Below are positions 53,768 through 64,000 of a stretch of DNA of 64,000 nt, piece after piece. Both the position numbers and the translations under genes were made by a program. Within the stretch, counting starts at the first letter, position 1; each line of letters begins with the position of its first letter. The notes beneath the pieces are model-generated. The model was given only the letters and a program-made list of their open reading frames with translations, made no database searches and was not told the origin of the DNA. The DNA is from Sphagnum compactum (lineage: Eukaryota), in the NCBI GenBank assembly GCA_965153455.1, contig OZ234493.1, forward strand, positions 35,888,213-35,952,212, read 5' to 3'.

Positions 53768-55784
53768 ATCATGATGCATAGTAAGGGAAGGGCTTTTACA
53801 CCTATTATTTAAGTGTGGAAGTGTTCTTCCGTCTATGTAAAACATTCAGAGGTTTTTTTTCCCTTTTATGTTTGAAAGCACCACCTTACACAATTGAAGG
53901 ACCCTTCCATTAATCACGTGCATACCTTCCGCCATTCAAATGAAAAACCTATTATTTTTCTTGTTTTTCTATTTTCCATCATATATATATTTTTTAGGAT
54001 TTTGGGATTGATAACCTACTTGGATGATAACCAGGTCATCCAAATAGGTTATTAACATCGAAATATTCAATGCTAGGTGAGTAGGTTATGTACCAGGTTA
54101 ACAAAATCAATACTCGACTGGTAAGTTATTGATACTTGGACCTAGGTGGGTTTTCTCACACAAGGACCAGTCTATATATTATAGTCGTAGCCTACCACCC
54201 GCCCACCCACCCACCCAACATTGGTCCAGACTTCACTCCACTATATGGGTACATATTTGCATTACCATCAAGCTTCTCGAATGTAGATCTCTATCCCAAT
54301 GTTTTTTTTAGGCGAAATTTTGCCAAATTTAGACCTCAAAAATATGATTTTGACCTATTCAAAGGATTTCCCATGAAAAAACAGGTTCAAAATCACTAAA
54401 TTTTGGAAAGAATAAAAAAAAAAAACCAAATCACCATATTTTTATTATACGTTTTAGTAAGTAGTCAATAGTATAGAAATATTATGGCTTTTTTCTACTT
54501 TCATATCTAGTACGTAGCCAAATTCAATGGTTAATTGAATATATATTTTTAACTTGCAAAAATTTGTAACAAACATTATAATTTAACAAAAAAGGATTAA
54601 GAAATATTAGTTTTAATAAGAGTTTTTTACAATAAAATTTTTCACATCAAAAGAGACAACCATAATCAACAATCTTTTCCATGAAAACTTTCAATTTGTT
54701 TTAAATTCATAATGTTCAGACTAGATGACAAATAAACGTTCAATAATATACATTGTTTTACAATAATGTTAATGATTATGTTTTTTTTTAAGCTATAATT
54801 TTTTTTTTCCCATTAAAAATGTAGTCGAGCTAAATGTTATTTTTATCAATTTACAGAAATAAATTAGAAATTTAAAATTAATGAAAAATGATAAAATACT
54901 ATTAAACAAAGTGTTTTTTTTTTTTTACTTTTATAAAATTATTGGTGTACAATTACATAAAGACACAATTATGAATCAACTACATATTATGGTTTATATA
55001 ACTTGTCTTATTTTTAAGGCCCAATTTTTTTTTTTAAAAATTCAAAATGCACCCTAAGTGGTGATCATCCATAGGAAGATGTAGAATTTGTCACACACTA
55101 AAAACCAAATATAAAAAATGTGGCCATTTTTACTTTTTTCCCCCCTCACTTTTGGCAATTGGAAACCAATGTTATTTAGAATGTTTTTGACATGCACCAG
55201 AAAGTATATGAAAGAAAAAACAAAAAAAAAATCAATAAAAAATTACCCTTCTTACTTCCAGACCTTAGATCTTTATTTATTTAATATTTATTGGAAGGAT
55301 TTGAGTTATCTTTGAGACTCTGGGTATGCCTAGCCCCAGCTCTACAATTTGTATCTATAATTAACATATGAATTAAGGATAAATTAAGGACCTATATCAA
55401 ATTAAATTTAAAATATCGTTAAATTTAAAATAATTTATATCAAATAATTACCCAAGATTATATTAAATAATCTTGGGTAATTATATTAGATCAAATAATT
55501 AGATCAAATAATTTGTATTATTTGTAGAGAAACCATAATATTAAATTGTATATTAAGGATTATAATTAATATATATCTATATAATTAATGAAAGATCAAT
55601 AAATAAATAAATAAACAAATAAACACCCTTATAACCTACTCTACCTAGAAAATATAACCAACGGTTCTCAAGGTGAGCGTTTGAGAATCGACCCTTATGC
55701 ATAATGGGTGATTATTATTCAAAATCAACTGAATCAATCAATACCCAAGGGTATTACTTTGATATTCAAATTGATAACCGGTAG

Positions 55785-55819
<35 letters not shown>

Positions 55820-55843
55820 AACCTACCAGGCTGGTTATGAAGA

Positions 55844-55913
55844 AAAGCCATAACTGGCTAACACTGAAGAATACCAAAAGCCATAACTGGCTAAACACTG
55901 AAGAATACCAAAA
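55844..55913. repeat. ~34-bp tandem duplication next to an (AT)n microsatellite
   Basis: AAAAGCCATAACTGGCTAA(A)CACTGAAGAATACC twice; (TA)n at about 55788-55817. Confidence 0.85.
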
Positions 55914-58859
55914 GGTAGGAATTCACCTCCCTCCCCTCCCCCATCTCCATTTAGTTGCAGTGATCTCTCAAGTGTCACGCAAGCAGCAGACTTGCAAAGC
56001 TACACACACAGAGATTGTGAGATTGTTACACAGACACAATCTCACAACAACAACAACAACAACAACAAAGCTACAATGTTGTCTGCAATTCTAGAACTAA
56101 CAATAAAATAACATTGTTGTTGTTGTTGTGAGATTGTGTCTGTGCAGACAGGATTTTATTGTTAGTTCTAGAATTGCAGGCTTTTCATAAAAGGAACTGC
56201 TATCTATAACTGACAACTTGCAGCAAGAAGGTTCCCAGGCAGGCTAGGCTACTACCCATCCAGGACTGTTCTCATCTGGCTTTCATTTCATGATGTAGGC
56301 CTAGTGTGCAATTCAGAAGAGAAGGAAGGGGGTTCAAATGCTTCTTCTTGTGTAGGATTGATTGCCATGATGATCAGATCAGATCATGCTGGGGAAGGAA
56401 GGAAGAAGCCTCCAACCTTCTCACAAGAAGATGCTGCAACACCTAGGCTAGGCTACATACCAGCTGCCACAAGAAGCTTCAATGCTCCACTTTGCAGTCA
56501 TTTTTTCCCCTTCATTATAAGGGGGTTAAAAGGTAGTCCATTAGTTAGCTATATACCAACACACCAACTGCCAACAGCCCTGAATCTCCTGCATCTTTGG
56601 TCCCTAGCATGATCAATTGTTTTGCTCATAGTCAATGATAAATTCCTTGTCCCGTAACTAAGGCCCGCTTTACACTAGGAGTCAAGGCCAATGTTCAACT
56701 CAAATCAAGCATTCCTATTAATGCAAATGTTGAAATCAGCCCCCAAGGGCTTTACATTAGGAGTCAAGGCTGGAATGTAAAAAAAACTTTTCAATCTGCC
56801 CCAAGGTATTAATGAATGCTGAACTTTATGGCTGTGTATTATTGGCCCCAAGGCTGAAAAAGGAATACTATCGAATTTGGGAAGCCAATTTGGGGTCAAT
56901 GTTCCCACATTTATTAATATCTCGACATCAATGTTCTAGCATTTATTGGCTCTACCCATAGGGAAAAGATTATGCATCTGTGCAAGATTTGGACTTGGGG
57001 ATAAAAAATTTGCTCACTCATTGGCCGATGTGGAGATGACAAGTTTCATAGAATGAAAATTTTCACATGGATGTAATTTTCCATGTTTGGGTTGTAACCC
57101 TAAGTAGTTGAGTGTTGTAAGTTTTGATAACCATCGTACAAGCTGAAAGGATGTTCTTTTTCAACCAAGCTTGTTGAACTTCCTTTTGTGTCATCACCAC
57201 TTTGGTGACGAAATGCTTAATGGGTTATCAAAAATGCTAGTGGTATTAGTGCAATCCAAATGTAAGAGTTCATGTTGTACTTCATACTTTTACATGGCTT
57301 TGGAAGAATGTATTTGACTTTCATTGCTCACATCTCCCCTCATGTTGCTAACTTTTTGGTGGCCTTTGTGTGGTGGTAATCATTTCACTGCGCTTGTTTC
57401 GTGAGTTTGAAAATATTTTTGGGAATGAAGTGAGGCAAAAAAAAAAGGATTTATAAGAAAACAATGCTTGGGGTGTAGTTGGGGTGGATAGACAAAGGGG
57501 GCAAAGGAAAAAAAACACACAACAAAACAATCCAAAATTGATGATGCACATGTTGGGCAGCGGATGGAATGGCTGGATACTTGTCTAGTTATGTTGTTCT
57601 GGAGCTCCTTGCCTTAGCACATGCAATGGCAACAATGTTGAAGCTGCAACCTCAAGTCATTGCCCATGTCTTTCACAGTGACAAGTAAGCTTTCTTCATC
57701 CTTGCCTTGTTGTATGTGTTTACCACCCTCACCATCTATGATTCATCTTTCGTGTAGTTTATGATACAAGAAACATAAACCTAAAGTAGTTAACATATTT
57801 TGGTATGATTCAAAATTATGATAAATTTTCAAGATGAAACACTGAATCTAGTAAAATTTGCACACTTTGAAAAATTCATATTTATTCAAAAACTATTAAC
57901 ACAAAACATGTGATCTATTGGGGCAACTATATGTATTTTTAGTAACAAATTGCAGAATACTTCATTCAAAAATTCTTTCATATGAAAAAGTGAAAAAAGA
58001 TTAAAAAGGATTCACAATCCTTTTGTAAAGTAATCTTGTTGGCTCCTTTGTGTGTACCCACACCCAAATTTGTCCTATGTAGTCCTTTGTAAGTTAGATA
58101 ATCTTTTTGGATACCCCCACCATGAATGCACCTTTAACTTTTTGCTAGAAAATGTGTAATTGACTATTTAATTTTGTTCTTTTCATATGCTATAAGTGGA
58201 AAATTTAATATTTTTGGAAAGGAAAAAAAAGGCCAGATTCTAAAAATCTAAATTATGTTGTGAAAAGAACTCATCTTACAAACATTGCATGGACTTAACT
58301 TGGACTTGAACCTTCTAAAAAGTATAATTTGCTCTCATATATGGTTATCTCTATAGGTTTCCATGGGGATTACATTGGAATAACACAAAAACTGAAATTT
58401 TCAAAGCCAAATTTTAATTTTGGGATAATAGCCTTGTAAATGATATTGGTTTTTTGAAATCTACCCATGAGACCATGATCATTCAATTTTAAGCAAGATC
58501 TAACTTTTGAAATCTTACTTTGAATATTCATGACTCCTCAAGAACCCTATTTCTTAAAATGAAAGCTAATACAATACCTCCAAATTTGTCAAATGATATT
58601 AATGGTAAAAACGTTTTATTCCTTGTTCTAGTAATAGATTGCAAACATATGAGGTGCAATGTGTTGTTCATCATGATTAAACATGAAAGGAAAAAACTCT
58701 ATGATAAGATTTTAGGCAAATTGACTCTTTGAATCAAATCCTTAGTCACCTTAATCTACATAAATTCACAAATGAGCATGGTTAGGGCAATTTCCAACTA
58801 GACTTCATGGGGTCAGATTGATTCATAAGGACTCGCAAGACCCACCATTGCTTAAACTT

Positions 58860-59539
58860 CCTAAGGGGGGCAATACTCCCTTTTTAATATAATATTTTGC
58901 AGCTTGCCATAAGGACTACATCAATTCCTTTTTGTAAAGTTCAAACACATTGTTGTCCTACAACTTTGGAAGGTCATAACTCTCAAAAGGTTCATCTATT
59001 TTGAACATACAATTACAAAACCTTGAAGCCCTTGAAAAGTGTTTCCAACACCATATCAAAGTTTTGAATTGGACATGATTTGGTCTTGGCATATAAGCCT
59101 CTTAATCAAGCATGACATGGTCTCCCAAATCATTTTATGAGTGGTTGGGTCTCATTTTGGTTAATTTTGTCTTGACATTTCAAACTTTCATAACTTTTGG
59201 GACTGTCAATGAGAGCTCATTATGTTGAAGTTTTGCATTGACATCTTTATAATGCTCTAGAGATCACTTGATTTGAACATGTTTTTCTAATCCTTCAACC
59301 TCACTTTATGAAATTGAAAGTTTGAAAAAGTTTCAATTCCCAAAGTGGGGACGCCACTAGGAATTGTGAGAGTCTTTTTCCTTCAATTCTTGCACACTTC
59401 CCACTTTGTGTGGGTCTATGTTTCATTTCTTTCAAGTCATGCCATACCTTGCGTTTTCTCTTGGATATTGTTGCATTCATGTCTTGCCCCAACCTTCATT
59501 GTGAGCCCAAAGCTAAGCCTCAAGGCTAGAGTTGTGACA
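58860..59539 (-). mobile_element. Degenerate LTR fragment related to 42515-43429, reverse orientation
   Basis: The reverse complement begins TGTCACAACTCTAG..GCTTTGGGCTCAC and contains GATGTAGTCC.TATGG...ATATTATA..GGGAG, matching 43083-43130; another similar terminus ends at 59717. Confidence 0.65.
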
Positions 59540-62500
59540 TGAATGCATGTTGGGAGGATTACAAATGCTTCCTTTTGATTTCCACATATTCCTCTTTTGT
59601 TCATATGAAAATTTAATTCTCTTCAACCTCTAATTATGCTTAAGATTTTTTATTTACATGATTCTTTGTTTTATCATAAAGTTTAGTTATAATGAGCCTA
59701 AAGTTAGGGTTGCAACACTGAAAACATCAATATCAAATCATTTTGAATGAAAAAATGAAGTTGAAAATTCATAATTCGAGCCTAACAAAGAATGAATATG
59801 AAACAATAAGTATGAAATGAAATTTCAAAGTATAGGGATTGGGCACGTTTATTACACTTGTGACAAAATCCAAACAAAGACAATAAAGATCACTCAAACT
59901 AGAGGTACACAATTTCAAAACAAAGTACCTAGTTAAATTGGTAGTAATCAAAATAGACATTTAGAATTGTACATTTGTGTTACTAAAGGATTTGAAGTTT
60001 GTGGAACACAAGGCTCAATAAGGTAACTTGTGATTCATTTTATAATAATGTTTGACATGTTCAAATAAAATGTTGTGCATGTCATGTTCATAATATAGAT
60101 GAGACTAATATTTGAGTTCATCAACAATTTGATGCCTATATTTTAGGCCAAATGAGTTGTAATTCATACATGGTTAATGGCTCTAGTTCAATACCCTAAT
60201 TCCCAAGTTTTGGTCTCATGTAAATAGCAAATCTTAAGCATAATTAGGTTGAACTATCATAACTCCGAGGATCAAAGTAGTGACAATAAACCTGAGAGGA
60301 TGTTGTAGCAAATGGAAAAGCACCCAACAACAGATAATAGGATCTTAGTAACTATATAGGGTGCTGGAGCAACTTGGGGAAAGTAGCCTAGAGTTATTCT
60401 TGAATTCATCCTGTCTTTGGGCCTTAGTTTGACCCTGTAATCCCTGTTTCATCCCCAATTTGAGCATAACCATAAAGTGAGCAAATTGGGTACCACTTAA
60501 TCAAGCTGGGTGTCAATTCACACGACTTGCATGATTTTGTTATGACAAGACTTGATTTCATTAAGAATACAACGGCTCATTGTAAGGCCAATCCAAAATT
60601 GGGGGTGAAACTTCTTGTGAAAGATGTCATGGTCTAGTCTTCAAAATACATTGCTGAATTCAGAGTATTTATAGTCCCATTTTAATATCTTTGGTGCCAT
60701 GATTGCAATGAGTTGATAAGTTGCTTTTCCTTTTGAGAGTTGAATGGCATGTCGAATTTCTTCAAGAAATCTCAAGGGATCAATTTAGTTAAGAAAACCA
60801 TTTTGGTCCCCTCTTTTTCCCATGTTTATTATATTCATCTGACTTTTGATTCCCCCCGCCCCCCATTTTTAACAAAACTGGGGGACTCAATACCCCCAGT
60901 TTGGAGTACATCACGGATAATTGGACTAGTGTGAGGAAGAAGAATGATCATGTGTTTGCTAACCCTCGGAGTTGAAACTCCAGACCAAAGGAAACAACTT
61001 AGAATAGGAAACTAGGTAGGAAATTTGCACTGTCCAGTGATTCATTGTTTACAGGTAAGGATGAATGAGAAAAGCTTAATGAATACTGTAGGTTGGATGT
61101 GAAAGGTTTGCAATGAGCACCTATGCAACACAAGTGATATAATGTGCATAATATTATAACAAACAAAGTTGAAAAACAAGTCTGACAAGTTCCTTTGTTC
61201 TATCATGGATACTTTTGTTCATGTTTTTTTAAGTACCTAAGTAGGTGTTGTTGGGCATCTTCGCCTTAGGTTTGTACCTTCTTTCATGGACTTTTAACAA
61301 TTCATATCTAATTCCAAATAAATCCAAAAAAGAGTTTAAAAGTGAAGATTTTTTTTTTTCTTTTGGGGCATTATTTTATTTTCCAAAATATTTGGATATA
61401 GTTTTACTTAAAATACTTGAAAGAAATTAGAAAGGAACCTTGAAAGTGCTACACTTGGAAATAGGACATGATATCATAACCACTATAACTTAGGGGATGC
61501 GAGTGCAAATATTCCTAACCATTAAACATCACAATAGAAAAGATGTCCCAAGTGCATGGAGGGAGGTGCAACCATTCAATTGCTCAAATAGACATGTCAA
61601 ATCCATCTATTTTTTTTTAAAAATCTAGCTTGGTCATGTTGTAGGCAACTTCAAGTTGAATATTTTCCTTCAAAAAAATGGAATTTGGTTGAGGAATGGA
61701 AATTTCTCACCATGGAGTGTCCATATATCCAATTGGTGTAGTTATAAGTAATTGTAAAGATCTTTCATTATTTTTTTGGAGAATTTGATCCCTTGTCATT
61801 TTTCATTGAATTCAAAATTTGCATGAAATGTAGAATGCATTCATATGAGCATGGTGTAAAAAACAAATGGGGCACTTGGACTTGTGATGAAGGAGAAATG
61901 AGTGATCAAAGTAATTCACATACAACAAGGGGCATCTACACACAAGCAAAGATATCTAGAACTTTTTAGGGCACCTTGCATAGGCCCAGCCCTTGCTCCC
62001 CTCCTTAAAACTAAACTAGGCACTAGCTCCATCATCTAATTAGAAAACTTGGATTTTCAAAATGATGAAAACATTGGGCAACAAAACTTTTCACTGACTT
62101 GCACATCAATGTTGCATGGAGCTCTCAAAAGCCTTCCTATCATATCACATTGAGGAATTCGCAATTCCTATAACAAGCAACCACAGACAAGAAACTCTCA
62201 TCACAAGGGCAAGCAAGGCGAGCCCTACTCGAGGACGTAACAACTATAACCCATGTATGTTAGATATTAAAACCATTGCCCACACTTAGGAGTAAGTACT
62301 AAAGGGTGGCAGATCAAATTGATCCTCCTTAAGATTTAAGCATTCAGTAGGGTGAATGCGCACCTACACAAGCACCTACACCTTCTTGAGCTAGCGAGGC
62401 CTCTTCATTTTGTTTTTCTGAAGAACCAGTTCCCAGAACCAGAATTGAGATTTATGAATAATTTTTAAAAATAAAAAAAACCCCAAACGTGGAATTGATA

Positions 62501-64000
62501 CTGCTCTAATTCTACTAAAAAAAACTGGAATCGAAGGTTCTTTGTAAAAGTCAAGAACCATCCATCAAACATCGGTTTTTGCCATGGTACTAGTGTAGTT
62601 GCTACTTCAGCCAAGGCCCAAAAGAGTCAGGCAGTCAATCACCTAGTAGGGATATAGGACATGGAGTCAAAGAACAATCTAAAAATCCCGAGAGGCAAGA
62701 GATCAGACAATCAGACACATCAGGCAGAGCTGAGATGGGTTGTAGTAGGCCCCACTTAAAACCAGCATTGAGAACTAACTGATGATCATCAGTGTCAGTT
62801 CAGAGAGCTGCTGATGATCGATATAATGAGGGATACTATTGTTACAGTAAAAAAACTATCTTATACAGATTCCTGATAGAATCACAGCTGCTTGCTTGGT
62901 GCCATCAGCTAATTCTTGCAGTCAAGAATGATATCTCTACAAAACTCACACAATAGCTGCTGCTGCTGCTGCTGAACCTGGTGTTTTTTTTGGGACATGT
63001 TTGCTTGCTTGGTGCAAGAGCATCTCTGGAGTCTGCAGTAAGCTGGGAATTTTCTATAATTAAGAAGCAGCAGCCCTCTCTGCAAGACGGTGAAAAGGCT
63101 AGCTCAACTGGGCAGCTCAAATTTCAGTACCATGCAGCTTTTATACCAGCTACTTACACCGCTGGAAGCTGACAAAGCAGTTACTTCACAGGCTCCATGC
63201 ATCACCGCCGGCTACAGCTATTACTCAGGAGTCTAGACAAGCAAGCTGGGATTGGGTCAGCCTGTCTTCTTCTTCCTTTTTCTTTTCTTTTTTCATAAAA
63301 AAATTTAACATTGGTTACAATGTGTAAATTGTGCTCCAAAGCATTGGTTACAATCAGTGGGTATTTTTTTATTTTTTTATTTTTTCCAAATTTTGAGGTA
63401 ACTGGGTTGGTGATCATGCACAGGACTTAAGCCAAATTAGGGTACATGTCAGAGAGGAAAGTAAAAAAATGTTTAGGAATTGTGCTCTATTTTTGGTTAC
63501 ATGCCACAACATAATGTTGTCTAAATATGGTGATTTCAAAAAAAAATAATCCTCATAATGTGTGGGTGATGGTGGCACCCAATTAGCAGCTACCCAGTAC
63601 TCTAAACTCTTCTTTCTGACAGTAGTAGTAAGCACTGGCCTTTTCTCCTAGGGTTTTGGCAAACACCCATATTCTCCACTCCTCTGACTTCTTGCTAAGT
63701 ACTGACTAGTTTAGGGCCTGCAACAGTTTGTTAATATCTTAGTGTCAGATTGAGCTGCCTGATGAAAAGGAATGGAAGAAGTCACCAAAGGAGCTCTGTC
63801 CACCAACAGGAATTGGATGGGATGAGATAGGATGGCAAGGAAAACCCCCAGCTAGCTAGCTAGCTAGCTTGCTATCCAATTCCTGCTGGGAATTATTTAG
63901 TGTTAAAAGTCCTGTATATTATACATGATCTTTTTTTCAGTCTGACACAGAGATAGTCAGCAGGGGAAAAGGGTTGGGATTGATTCTGAAGAAGAAGAAG

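Noticed and set aside
62600-64000. Short ORFs at the window end
   Set aside because: Simple-repeat-rich, promoter-like sequence, possibly upstream of a gene outside the window; no coding evidence.

Overview
Eukaryotic, AT-rich, repeat-dense plant genomic DNA. A moss such as Sphagnum is my inference from remembered repeat families and intron style, not verified. Only one intact protein-coding gene is evident: a 4-exon glycerol-3-phosphate/phosphate permease of the SLC37/G3Pp MFS family (2038-4718, +, 637 aa), with two P1BS phosphate-starvation elements upstream. Most of the rest is decayed transposon sequence: a piggyBac-like transposase relic (~8.4-9.3 kb, -), a ZNF862-like hAT relic (~38.2-40.7 kb) carrying a mini CACTA-like insert, a solo LTR with an exact 5-bp TSD (42515-43429), a PIF/Harbinger relic (nuclease and Myb remnants, ~50-53.6 kb), a Tourist-like MITE, a possible small Helitron, and many tandem or dispersed duplications. 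Structures these do not explain include a ~48-bp-period array of degenerate palindromes (16.25-17.09 kb), a mosaic of orphan exon-like fragments (20.7-26.9 kb) containing a pre-miRNA-like hairpin, and two interleaved perfect inverted repeats at 56.03-56.18 kb. No rRNA, tRNA or CRISPR-Cas system is supported.
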